From a virus: DNA of 34,655 nucleotides. The translations under genes were made by a program, and so were the position numbers. Within the stretch, counting starts at the first letter, position 1. Every line of letters begins with the position of its first letter. The notes below the pieces were generated by a model. That model ran no database searches and was not told the origin of the DNA. It saw only the letters and a program-made list of their open reading frames with translations. Shown in pieces: positions 9,489-17,904 of the stretch. The DNA is taken from IMG/VR virus record IMGVR_UViG_3300045988_136903, one strand, 5' to 3'.

Positions 9489-9797
9489 TTACCCCTCCTC
9501 TATCTCTCCAAATATTTCTATATATTTGTCTATTTTGTTTAATTCCTCCAATGTCTTTTTTACATCTTCCTCTGTTTGTAATTCAATATAATCTTTATCG
9601 TTATAAGATATATCCGTTCTACCAACATATTTTCCTATATGAACAAAGAATTGTCCTTTTGAACTTTTATATAAAGTATGTTCATACCTAGGATATGTTG
9701 TTACAAATAAACTTTTATGTTCTATTCCTTGTGTATATTTTATTATTTCTGTACTTTTTTCAGTATCATAAACTTTATGATCTATAATATATTTCAT
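9489..9797 (-). CDS. hypothetical protein
   Basis: 102-aa ORF packed tightly in the early operon. Confidence 0.55.
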   Translation of the reverse strand: MKYIIDHKVYDTEKSTEIIKYTQGIEHKSLFVTTYPRYEHTLYKSSKGQFFVHIGKYVGRTDISYNDKDYIELQTEEDVKKTLEELNKIDKYIEIFGEIEEG

Positions 9798-9803
9798 ATT
9801 ATT

Positions 9804-9968
9804 TTATCCTCCTATTATTTTTACTCCATTGAATTTAGCCACTTGTAATTCTTGTTTCGTAATCCATTTTAGCCATTTTCCACATTCTCCACAATATAAC
9901 CCTCTTCGTGTTCCCTGTATTTCTACAAATAATTTTGTACTATTACATTTATCACATTTATTTTTCAT
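9804..9968 (-). CDS. zinc-ribbon small protein
   Basis: CDKC...CGEC pairs; GAGGTGG RBS before ATG 9968. Confidence 0.5.
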   Translation of the reverse strand: MKNKCDKCNSTKLFVEIQGTRRGLYCGECGKWLKWITKQELQVAKFNGVKIIGG

Positions 9969-9987
9969 GTTTTCCACCTCTAATTTA

Positions 9988-10260
9988 TTATTCATAATAT
10001 TCAATTTTAAAATCTTCTTTAATGCTATCATCTACTTTTATTGGTATCCCTAAATATGAATGTAAATTCATTGGTTCTTGTCCTACTAAAACCTTTTTTA
10101 GACATTGTTTTTTTAAATCTTCGTACACATATTGTCTAACTTTAATACATCTTATTCCTTTTCCGTGTCTGCCTCCTATTTTCATCTCGAATTTACTATC
10201 ATTATCAAATATTCCTAAAATATGTGTTTTATATAAATCTGAAAAATTATTCTCTTTCAT
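9988..10260 (-). CDS. hypothetical protein
   Basis: GAGGTGG RBS before ATG 10260; overlaps the rusA stop. Confidence 0.5.
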   Translation of the reverse strand: MKENNFSDLYKTHILGIFDNDSKFEMKIGGRHGKGIRCIKVRQYVYEDLKKQCLKKVLVGQEPMNLHSYLGIPIKVDDSIKEDFKIEYYE

Positions 10261-10666
10261 TTTCCACCTCATCAATCATAACAACTACACTAGCAACATC
10301 TGAATAATATTTTTCTACTTCTAGTTTAACTACTTGTTTATCATCTAAATAAGCAATATTATTTAAAGAATCCAAAATGCTTTTTGCAATATTATCTGTA
10401 TCAGGTTTTACTGTTGGAAATACCTTATCATCTTTCATTTCTAATCTTCTTTTTTTGCTTGTGCTTTTAGGTATTTCATAATAAGCAATAATCTTTACTT
10501 TTAATGGATTTTCTAATATAGGTTGTCCTCTGTATTTTTCTAAATAACAAGTTCTAACCCAATTTTCATAAGCAATAGTTTCTTTTGGAGTATAAGCAAA
10601 TTTCCCATTAAATCTTGGTCTTTGTTTTGCTTGTACTTTTCCCGGTATATTAAAATTTCTTTTCAT
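10247..10666 (-). CDS. rusA: RusA-family Holliday junction resolvase
   Basis: KQRPRF...TPKET...KPDTDNIAKSILDSLNNIAYLDDKQV matches the RusA signature; ATG 10666 with AGAGGTGG RBS. Confidence 0.8.
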   Translation of the reverse strand: MKRNFNIPGKVQAKQRPRFNGKFAYTPKETIAYENWVRTCYLEKYRGQPILENPLKVKIIAYYEIPKSTSKKRRLEMKDDKVFPTVKPDTDNIAKSILDSLNNIAYLDDKQVVKLEVEKYYSDVASVVVMIDEVENERE

Positions 10667-10802
10667 GTTTTCCACCTCTTTTGTATCTTTTTATTAAATA
10701 AATAATTCCAATTATAAATATTTCAAAAATGATTGCAAAAATCACTCCAAAAATACTTCCATATAAAAATATAAACCAAAATAATTGTGCAAATATATTC
10801 AT
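10650..10802 (-). CDS. hypothetical 50-aa membrane peptide
   Basis: ATG 10802; MNIFAQLFWFIFLYGSIFGVIFAIIFEIFIIGIIYLIKRYK...; overlaps the rusA start. Confidence 0.4.
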   Translation of the reverse strand: MNIFAQLFWFIFLYGSIFGVIFAIIFEIFIIGIIYLIKRYKRGGKHEKKF

Positions 10803-10957
10803 TTTTTCATCTTTCCTTTCGTTTATCAGTTCGTTTCAAAAATCGCCGTGTAGTTGTTAAAAAATTCTATTAAATTTCTTCCAAATTTCATTCTATTTTT
10901 CTTTTAAATTGTTTTCCAATGTAATTTATCATTTTGAAAAATAAAACCTCTTAAAAT

Positions 10958-11128
10958 CTATTTTGAATGTTTTCTATTTTTGCTATATGCATTATTTAAA
11001 CTTTCTCTCCAATCTTTATATCCAGGAGTAAAATTTCTACATCTTCGCCATCCTGCAAAATTTTCATCCTCTAATTTATTACATCCTAAACAATATTTGC
11101 ATAATACCTCACTACTTATTTGTTTCAT
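10958..11128 (-). CDS. hypothetical 56-aa Cys-rich protein
   Basis: ATG 11128; MKQISSEVLCKYCLGCNKLEDENFAGWRRCRNF... Confidence 0.4.
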   Translation of the reverse strand: MKQISSEVLCKYCLGCNKLEDENFAGWRRCRNFTPGYKDWRESLNNAYSKNRKHSK

Positions 11129-11925
11129 TTTTCAAATCCTTTCTCAAACAAACAATATAATAATTCATAAATTCTTCTAGATTTTCCTCATCATTTATCG
11201 GACAATATTTATTTGCTTGTAGATAATTAAATGTTAATTTCTCATCAGTTAAATCATTCATATAGATTTTATAAGAACTTAAATATAATTGAGTAACTGC
11301 ATAATATTTTATTTGTAATTCAAATTTTATCTTTTCAGGTAAATATGTATCATTTTCAATAATCAATCCCAATCTTTTAAGTATTGTTTGAATTGCTATT
11401 TTATCCACATCTGATAACCCTTCAAAGTTTTTTCTCCTATTATTTATATATAAATATAAATAATTTAATTTAGTTTTATTTAATTTATTATTTTTTTCAT
11501 TATTACTTTTATTTTCCTTATTATCTTTATTATATTGTTGTTGATTGTTTGTTAATTGATTGTTATTTGATTGTTTCTTGCTTGTTGATTTGTTTGTTGA
11601 TTTTTCTTCCTTTGATTGATAAAACCCATAATTTACAATAGTTATAACGGAGTATTTGTTTGTTGATTTGATTGTTATTTCTCCGAGTTTTCCTCAATTT
11701 ATTTAATACCGTTCTAACCTGTTGTACTGATAAATTAGTTTCATCTGCAAGATGTTCAATAGATATTACTCGTTGTCCTCTATCAATATTTATTCCATGC
11801 CATTTTTGTTTGGTCCAATTCGCAGTATATATTAAATGAGTAAAAACTCTATATACATTTACATCGCTATACCATTCCCAATTTAATATCTTTCTGTGCA
11901 TATTTATATATCCTTCTGTGAACAT
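11112..11925 (-). CDS. replisome organizer / replication initiator-like protein; needs a +1 shift at the CGG codon 11685-11683
   Basis: The N-terminal wHTH ORF (11563..11925) reads ...VRTVLNKLRKT. The +1 frame continues GEITIKSTNKYSVITIVNYGFYQ..., is open for 95 codons with no start codon, and runs into the 11112..11408 ORF. 814-1 nt = 271 codons. Confidence 0.65.
11541..11673. repeat. TTGATT(G/T)TT iteron-like direct repeats (at least 8 copies) beside a nearly pure A/T tract (11440-11530)
   Basis: TTGATT at 11541, 11556, 11567, 11585, 11596, 11612, 11663, 11668. Confidence 0.5.
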
Positions 11926-11945
11926 CTTGCTTTTCTCCCTTCTTT

Positions 11946-12818
11946 TTATTTATTAAAAAAGAAATTTGTATCATCTTCCGTTCCTTCAATATTAGTGTCA
12001 TCATTTTCAACATTTGTATGTTCTTCATTTTCTACTGAAATTACTTCCGTTTCTACTTCACTATTATCAACATAATCATAAGTTCCATTGTCATTTACAA
12101 CTGCCATATCTGATTCAAGAGCCTTTTGCATTGTTAAATCAATACTCATAATACCCCATTTAGAAATCAATTGTCTTAACATTGTTTTATATGCCATTCC
12201 GTCAAAATCTTTTTCCCAAAATGTATATCCTTTTTTTGCTCTATATCCCATTGAATACTTTAATGCATGAGCCTCCATTTTCTCTTTTGACCAATATAAT
12301 GTTTTTCTAAATCCATTTAGATATTCAAACATTGCATAATATCCAATAGTTTCTTCTTTTTCTCTATCTTCTTCATTTTCAATAAGTTCCACTTCTATTT
12401 CTTCATTTAATGGATCATATTTTTTTAGTTCTCCCTTTTTAATTGCTAAAACATTTAACTTTTTATATTGACCGCTCCTAATTGCTAATTGAATATAACC
12501 TTTATAACCAATTTGAAATTGTGCTACCTTACAACCTCTTTTGCTATCATTAAAAGGGACCATATAAAATTGTCCTAATTGTGGGCTTGGACTTAAATTA
12601 AGTGCTTGTCCTACTAATGCAGCAGAAACTATTGATGCATTATCACATTCTGCTAATTGAGGATTTGCAGAAACAGCAGAAATAATTGCAGTAACAAATT
12701 GTTGTCCTTTTTCTCCCCCTACCATTTCATTTACCTTTTTTTTCATTGCATCTGTTGCTAAAAATGCACTAAATGTTTGTTTTTGATTTTTTGCTACTAA
12801 ACTATTTTGAACTGCCAT
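11946..12818 (-). CDS. recT: RecT-family single-strand annealing recombinase
   Basis: N-terminal region ...FVTAIISAVSANPQLAECDNASIVSAALVGQALNLSPSPQLGQFYMVPF typical of RecT; paired with a YqaJ exonuclease. Confidence 0.8.
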   Translation of the reverse strand: MAVQNSLVAKNQKQTFSAFLATDAMKKKVNEMVGGEKGQQFVTAIISAVSANPQLAECDNASIVSAALVGQALNLSPSPQLGQFYMVPFNDSKRGCKVAQFQIGYKGYIQLAIRSGQYKKLNVLAIKKGELKKYDPLNEEIEVELIENEEDREKEETIGYYAMFEYLNGFRKTLYWSKEKMEAHALKYSMGYRAKKGYTFWEKDFDGMAYKTMLRQLISKWGIMSIDLTMQKALESDMAVVNDNGTYDYVDNSEVETEVISVENEEHTNVENDDTNIEGTEDDTNFFFNK

Positions 12819-12820
12819 AT

Positions 12821-13168
12821 TTATTTACCTACCTTTCCAAATAAACTTTGTTGTTCATTTACATTTTTTACTACTATGTTATTTTCATCATCTATTTCAA
12901 CAGAGTAATTAAATCCTACTGAACTTTTATAAGAGCCTTTTTCTTCTTTTATTTTTTCTGATAACTGATATTCATACATTGGTTGTAAATATTCTTCAAT
13001 TTCATCGTTGAATTCCCTATCTTTTTTACTTACACCAATATTTATTTTTAATGTAATTTCAGCCTCTTTTCCTGTAAGAATTGCATTTTTAGTTAATATA
13101 TCAATTGTTTTTTCTAACCTTTCCTTTATAGGTTTTAATAATTCATTATCTAAATTTAATTTTTCCAT
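12821..13168 (-). CDS. hypothetical protein
   Basis: 115-aa ORF in the recombination module. Confidence 0.5.
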   Translation of the reverse strand: MEKLNLDNELLKPIKERLEKTIDILTKNAILTGKEAEITLKINIGVSKKDREFNDEIEEYLQPMYEYQLSEKIKEEKGSYKSSVGFNYSVEIDDENNIVVKNVNEQQSLFGKVGK

Positions 13169-13172
13169 CTTA

Positions 13173-13472
13173 CTAATCCTCCATTATTTTATTTAATAAT
13201 TTTTCAATATCTTTTGCTTTTTCTTCATTGTCAACTTTTATTACTTTAACTTTGCTTTTTTTATTTTTTTTGCTTTCTTCTAATGCATATAATATAGACA
13301 TTTCTAATATTTCTCTATTAAATCCATCCTCTAACATGCTTTGTATCAATGCTCCAATTGATGCTGCCAATCCTTCTTGTGTTCCTTCTACTTTTATCAT
13401 TTCTTCATCTTGTTTTCTTTCATCAAATTTAATATGAATTTCTGCATAATCTTTATTTTTAAATAATCCCAT
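13173..13472 (-). CDS. hypothetical protein
   Basis: 99-aa ORF. Confidence 0.5.
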   Translation of the reverse strand: MGLFKNKDYAEIHIKFDERKQDEEMIKVEGTQEGLAASIGALIQSMLEDGFNREILEMSILYALEESKKNKKSKVKVIKVDNEEKAKDIEKLLNKIMED

Positions 13473-13475
13473 TTT

Positions 13476-14291
13476 TTATATCCTCCTAAAATCTATTTTA
13501 TTTTCTATTAAGAAATCTCTTAATTTTTCAAATTGTTCTCTTGTTGCTAAAACCCTAAAATCAATTTGTAATAATTTTTCACTATTTGTTATATTTTGTT
13601 CATTTTCTGTTATATTTTGTTGACTTTTTGTTACATTTTGTGTATTTTTTAATGATTCTAATTTTTTCCTACTTTCAACAATTCTCTGATATTCTTGTAA
13701 TGAATTTCCCAATACAGAAGGCTCATTTATATTTTTGAAATAGAAAATTTTTATTTGTGGTAATAATGATTCATCCTCTATTGTGTTTTCAATTATTTTT
13801 AAATCATCAGTTGTTTTATTTATTAAATGTTTTATTTCTTCCTCTATTTTCTTCATTGTATATGTTTTATTTATCCATCTAGGATTGAATATATTGTCAA
13901 AATCAATTAACTCCTTAAAGTCTCCTATATATGTATTAAATATGTTTCTTATTTCTTCTTTCTTTTCGTTTTGCTCTTTTTCCTCAAAACTTTTTACTTG
14001 TTTATCTATTGTTTTTGATGCATCATCTACTATCGCCATCAATTCCTTACATTTATTTTCAAAATCAACATAAGGCTTTAATAATTCATTTTTTATTCTT
14101 TTCTTTTCATTGTTTATAGCATCTGATACTTTATTTAATGTCGCTCTATCTTGTTTTGCTAATGATATTGTTTCAGGGGTATAAACAACACTCTTATATT
14201 CAGCAGTTTTTTCAGTAACCCATTTCTTTATATCTTCATAATTAAATCTTACTGGTGCTAATTCTTTTATTTCTTCTACTTTTAATTCCAT
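13476..14291 (-). CDS. DUF1351-like phage protein
   Basis: N-terminal MELKVEEIKELAPVRFNYEDIKKWV... and its position between exonuclease and RecT are typical of DUF1351. Confidence 0.5.
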   Translation of the reverse strand: MELKVEEIKELAPVRFNYEDIKKWVTEKTAEYKSVVYTPETISLAKQDRATLNKVSDAINNEKKRIKNELLKPYVDFENKCKELMAIVDDASKTIDKQVKSFEEKEQNEKKEEIRNIFNTYIGDFKELIDFDNIFNPRWINKTYTMKKIEEEIKHLINKTTDDLKIIENTIEDESLLPQIKIFYFKNINEPSVLGNSLQEYQRIVESRKKLESLKNTQNVTKSQQNITENEQNITNSEKLLQIDFRVLATREQFEKLRDFLIENKIDFRRI

Positions 14292-14641
14292 TATTCTTTC
14301 TCTCCTTCACTAAAAAATTTTTCTTTATCTAATCTTGTCTCTATTACTTTCATAAAGTCTTTAATTTTTTCAATTTCTTTTTTCTCAATATTTATTCTAG
14401 TAACCATTGCAATTGATTTTCCATATCTTGTAGGAACTTCAACTATGTCTCCAACTTCTAGATCATCAATAGCAGAATAATAACTGTATTCCCTTCCTGA
14501 AAATGTTTTCTTTTCAAATCTATCTTCGTATTTGACTCCAACAATTTTAAATTCTGTTGGATTACTCTGTGCAACACATTCAGAATCTACTTGATTACTA
14601 AATGCCATTTTTTCTTTTTCAATGAATTCATTTTTATCCAT
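14291..14641 (-). CDS. hypothetical protein
   Basis: AGGAGG RBS before ATG 14641 (the ORF track extends to 14719). Confidence 0.5.
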   Translation of the reverse strand: MDKNEFIEKEKMAFSNQVDSECVAQSNPTEFKIVGVKYEDRFEKKTFSGREYSYYSAIDDLEVGDIVEVPTRYGKSIAMVTRINIEKKEIEKIKDFMKVIETRLDKEKFFSEGEKE

Positions 14642-14657
14642 TATCTTTCCTCCTAAT

Positions 14658-15281
14658 TTATAAATTTGGTAATATAAGTGGAGGCATTTTATCATCCTCG
14701 ACATATTTCCAAAATTCAATTTCTTTTTTTTCTAAATATCTAATATCTTCTTCAACATCCTTTTTTTCAATTGTATAAGTTTTAGTTGCCTGGTAATTTT
14801 CATCATAATTTAATTCTGCAAATAACTTTACAAATGAAAAACCTGTAACATTCAAATAATGTAATATTTGACAATAATAATTTGGTGGAATGCTATCTTT
14901 CCATTTTTCTTTTTGCATTGACCTTAATATCTCTGATGTTTTAATTTCCAAAATCCCTTTTTCTCCTGTTTCTTTATTGACTAATATTCCATCTAAACTA
15001 GCAAAGAGAAAAGGATATACAGGATGTTTTATTATTGTGTTTTCTTCATGTAACACTTCAAATTCAGGATGCTTAATTTTAAAACTTTCTCTTAAAACTG
15101 GTTCCATATTAGTTCCATATTTCACATAAGGTTTATTGGAAATATCTTCTGCCTCTCTCCTTCCTGTTTTTTCTTCCCAAAGTTTGATATTATCCTTATA
15201 TGGATTTTCTCCTACAATTGCAGATGCATCTGAACCACCTATTCCTTTTTTTCTTTCGTTCAACCATTCTTCCCTAGTCAA
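14658..15281 (-). CDS. YqaJ-type (lambda Exo-like) recombination exonuclease
   Basis: TREEWLNERKKGIGGSDASAIVGENPY N-terminus typical of the YqaJ family; TTG start with AGGAGGG RBS. Confidence 0.75.
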   Translation of the reverse strand: MTREEWLNERKKGIGGSDASAIVGENPYKDNIKLWEEKTGRREAEDISNKPYVKYGTNMEPVLRESFKIKHPEFEVLHEENTIIKHPVYPFLFASLDGILVNKETGEKGILEIKTSEILRSMQKEKWKDSIPPNYYCQILHYLNVTGFSFVKLFAELNYDENYQATKTYTIEKKDVEEDIRYLEKKEIEFWKYVEDDKMPPLILPNL

Positions 15282-15470
15282 AATTCAATCCCTCCTATTG
15301 AACTTCAAATGATTTTGTGTTAAAATGCAAATGAAGTGAATTTATATAAATTTTCTTTTATAGAACTATTTATTACTTTGGTCGGTATTGGTAGTTCTAT
15401 TTTTTATGTTAGGAACATTAATTGTTAATTGTGCAAAATAATTTTTCTTGTTTTCTGCATATTCTTTTAT

Positions 15471-15692
15471 TTATCTAACTTTTTGTTCAGGTTGTCCATA
15501 ATCATTTCTTGTTGCTATCTCTGTAATTTTTCTAAACCCTAAAAACACATCTGCTATTAAATCAGATAATTCATTATTTTTATGTTGATATTGTTCTTTT
15601 AATTGCTGAAACATCATTTCCTTAACTTCTAATTGATTTCTTAAACTTTCATTTTCAATTTTTAGTTTTTCAATTTCATCCTTATTAAACAT
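15471..15692 (-). CDS. hypothetical coiled-coil protein
   Basis: 73-aa ORF with a GGAGGGAAAG RBS region. Confidence 0.5.
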   Translation of the reverse strand: MFNKDEIEKLKIENESLRNQLEVKEMMFQQLKEQYQHKNNELSDLIADVFLGFRKITEIATRNDYGQPEQKVR

Positions 15693-15766
15693 TTTCTTTC
15701 CCTCCTTTCAAAATTGATAATTTATACTTCATTCTAGCAAGAGTTAACATGTGCCATACTAATGAT

Positions 15767-15994
15767 TTACCTAATCTTTCTTCCATATCTTATTTTCCTT
15801 TCCATTTTCATTTCTTCAATTTCCATTTTAATAATTAGTATTATCAATGTTGGAATTGAAATATAAACTACTGTCATTATCATATCCATTGTTATTATTG
15901 TAGATAGCCATTCAGCAATAATAGAACCTATAATTGGTAGCCAAATAATTGATGTTCCTAAAATAAATTCTAAAATGTTTCTTATAATCTTCAT
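15767..15994 (-). CDS. hypothetical 2-TM membrane protein
   Basis: Two hydrophobic stretches and a basic tail. Confidence 0.5.
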   Translation of the reverse strand: MKIIRNILEFILGTSIIWLPIIGSIIAEWLSTIITMDMIMTVVYISIPTLIILIIKMEIEEMKMERKIRYGRKIR

Positions 15995-15996
15995 TT

Positions 15997-16191
15997 TTAA
16001 TCTCCCTCCTTATTCCTTTTTCTTTTGTACCATTCTCTTATTGCACTTCCCAAAGCGACTTTTTCTTTTCCATAGTTTTCACTTGGAAAATCTTTTGAAT
16101 TAAATATTGCTTGTGCTGTTGGTAAACTACAAGACCTTAATTCAGCAAATTCTGTTGGACTATAAAAAACATCATCTTTTAACTCTTTCAT
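15997..16191 (-). CDS. excisionase-like / MerR-type HTH DNA-binding protein
   Basis: YSPTEFAELRSCSLPTAQAIF HTH; ATG 16191 with AGGAGGGAGAAT RBS. Confidence 0.4.
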   Translation of the reverse strand: MKELKDDVFYSPTEFAELRSCSLPTAQAIFNSKDFPSENYGKEKVALGSAIREWYKRKRNKEGD

Positions 16192-16259
16192 ATTCTCCCT
16201 CCTTTGAATAATTTGTGTAGTGTACGGCAATACATTTTACTTTTTTCATAATTCCTCCT

Positions 16260-16279
16260 TTGGTTGTTTTTTTAACCAA
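16260..16279. promoter_or_regulatory. operator-like palindrome O3 (TTGGTTG-N6-TAACCAA)
   Basis: Same dyad as the two sites in the cI/cro intergenic region. Confidence 0.55.
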
Positions 16280-16283
16280 TTTG

Positions 16284-16496
16284 CTAAAAAATAATATAGT
16301 CATTGATATTTAGACCATTCCTTTTACAATAATCAATAATTCCTCTACATGCCTTTGGACTTGTAGGCTCTTTTGTTCCCTTCATTATTTGATTAAAGTA
16401 ATGAGCATCCATTGTCAATTCTTCGGCAAACCAAGACTGATTATTTCTAAATTTTTCTTGTATCAACTGCTTTACTGCCACTATGTTAATTCTCAT
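16284..16496 (-). CDS. Cro-like HTH regulator (first lytic gene)
   Basis: 70-aa XRE-type HTH, divergent from the repressor gene; AGGAGG RBS. Confidence 0.65.
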   Translation of the reverse strand: MRINIVAVKQLIQEKFRNNQSWFAEELTMDAHYFNQIMKGTKEPTSPKACRGIIDYCKRNGLNINDYIIF

Positions 16497-16517
16497 ACTA
16501 TATACCTCCTTTAACTT

Positions 16518-16537
16518 TTGGTTATTTTTTTAACCAA
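16518..16537. promoter_or_regulatory. operator O1 (TTGGTTA-N6-TAACCAA)
   Basis: Perfect 7-bp inverted half-sites just downstream of the lytic -10. Confidence 0.65.
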
Positions 16538-16541
16538 ACTC

Positions 16542-16570
16542 ATTATATAGTTTCACTTTTTAATTGTCAA
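16542..16570 (-). promoter_or_regulatory. early lytic promoter (TTGACA-17-TATAAT)
   Basis: -35 at 16570-16565 and -10 at 16547-16542 on the minus strand; both consensus. Confidence 0.7.
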
Positions 16571-16577
16571 TACTTTT

Positions 16578-16597
16578 TTGGTTATTTTTTTAACTTT
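16578..16597. promoter_or_regulatory. operator O2 (TTGGTTA-N6-TAACTTT)
   Basis: Exactly 60 bp from O1, between the two divergent -35 boxes. Confidence 0.6.
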
Positions 16598-16600
16598 TTA

Positions 16601-16629
16601 TTGATTTTTTTTAAAACCTGTTATATACT
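16601..16629 (+). promoter_or_regulatory. repressor maintenance promoter (TTGATT-17-TATACT)
   Basis: -35 at 16601-16606, -10 at 16624-16629, GGAGG RBS, ATG 16648. Confidence 0.55.
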
Positions 16630-16647
16630 AGTTTTGGAGGTATTGTC

Positions 16648-17298
16648 ATGTTTGATAAAAATAGATTTTCTGAAATACTAAAAAATATTTATAATACTTA
16701 CGATAACCAAAGACTATTTGCAGAGGCAACAGGAGTTAATAGAGGTTATTTATCAAGATATATAAATAAAAAAATAGACAGTCCCCCATCTCCTAAAATA
16801 TTAAAAGGAATTGCTGATGCATCAAAAGGAATAACTACTTATGAAGAATTGATGAAAATATGTGGTCATGTTACAGAAAAAACATTTGGAAACAATTCTA
16901 TGGTAAATAATAATATATCTGTTATTACAATATTTGAATTTTTAAATGGAAAATTACAACCATACAATGATTTATGGATAGATAAAAGTATATTAGAACC
17001 ATCTCATCAATATTTTGCATTTAAAACTAATGATGATTCAATGTTGCCACTATTAGGAAAAGGAGATATTGCTATAATAGAAGAATCTAATTCTTACGAA
17101 AATGGTAATACTTGTTTAATTTCTATTGATAACGATATTTTAATTCGTAAAATTGTAGATTTTAAAGATTATATTGAATTGTATACTGCTATTCCATATA
17201 GTCAACCAACTAAAATAACAAATGAAGAAAAAACAAAAAATAAATTTAAAGTTTTAGGAAAGGTTATTAGAGTTGAAAATTCTAGTGCTTTTAAATAG
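16648..17298 (+). CDS. cI-type repressor (XRE HTH + S24 LexA-like autopeptidase)
   Basis: N-terminal HTH (QRLFAEATGVNRGYLSRYI); C-terminal DDSMLP Ser and IRKIV Lys motifs. Confidence 0.8.
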   Translation: MFDKNRFSEILKNIYNTYDNQRLFAEATGVNRGYLSRYINKKIDSPPSPKILKGIADASKGITTYEELMKICGHVTEKTFGNNSMVNNNISVITIFEFLNGKLQPYNDLWIDKSILEPSHQYFAFKTNDDSMLPLLGKGDIAIIEESNSYENGNTCLISIDNDILIRKIVDFKDYIELYTAIPYSQPTKITNEEKTKNKFKVLGKVIRVENSSAFK

Positions 17299-17308
17299 GA
17301 GGTTATTG

Positions 17309-17749
17309 ATGAAATTTGGTTTTAGAACTCCAAGTATAAAGAAATCAATTAAAGCACGAACAACAGGAAAAATTAAAAGAAGTATAAAAAAATCAGTTAA
17401 TCCTGTATATGAAAAAAAAGGAATTGGATATATAAAAAATCCTGAAAAAGCATTAAAAAATAGTTTATATCATAAAACAACTATTGATATTACAAAAACT
17501 TTAAAATCTAATGCTAGTAAAAATGATCATACTACTAATAATTCAATATTAGAAAAAATGAATAATCAACAACATAAAATAGAACAAAAAAATCAATCAT
17601 CCAAAATAAAAGAAGATATAAAACTTTCTCCTAAAACAGAAAAAATTATTGCTATCTTTGCATATATCATATCTACTATTATTATTGGTTATATTCTTAT
17701 TTTGGTTATTTCCTTTGTAATTGGAATTATAAAAGGATTTATTGTTTAA
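17309..17749 (+). CDS. membrane-anchored protein co-transcribed with the repressor (candidate superinfection exclusion)
   Basis: TAGGAGG RBS; basic N-terminal MKFGFRTPSIKKSIKARTTGKIKRSIKK and a C-terminal TM helix. Confidence 0.5.
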   Translation: MKFGFRTPSIKKSIKARTTGKIKRSIKKSVNPVYEKKGIGYIKNPEKALKNSLYHKTTIDITKTLKSNASKNDHTTNNSILEKMNNQQHKIEQKNQSSKIKEDIKLSPKTEKIIAIFAYIISTIIIGYILILVISFVIGIIKGFIV

Positions 17750-17904
17750 ATAAAAAGGATAATGTGTTTAGTATATTTGCCGTACACTACACATTATCCA
17801 AAGCGAAACCACTATTGAAAGTGATTACTGTATTATAATATCAAATAATACTTTCATTTTCAATAGAAATGGTAAAAAAATTTTATTGAAATGGAGGTTT
17901 TTTT

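Noticed and set aside
16214-17793. 17-bp inverted repeats as the ends of an invertible DNA switch flanking cro/cI
   Set aside because: Inversion would not rewire any promoter in a useful way. The motifs sit in the same orientation relative to int and the xis-like gene, so a shared cis-regulatory element is more parsimonious. Inversion is not strictly excluded.
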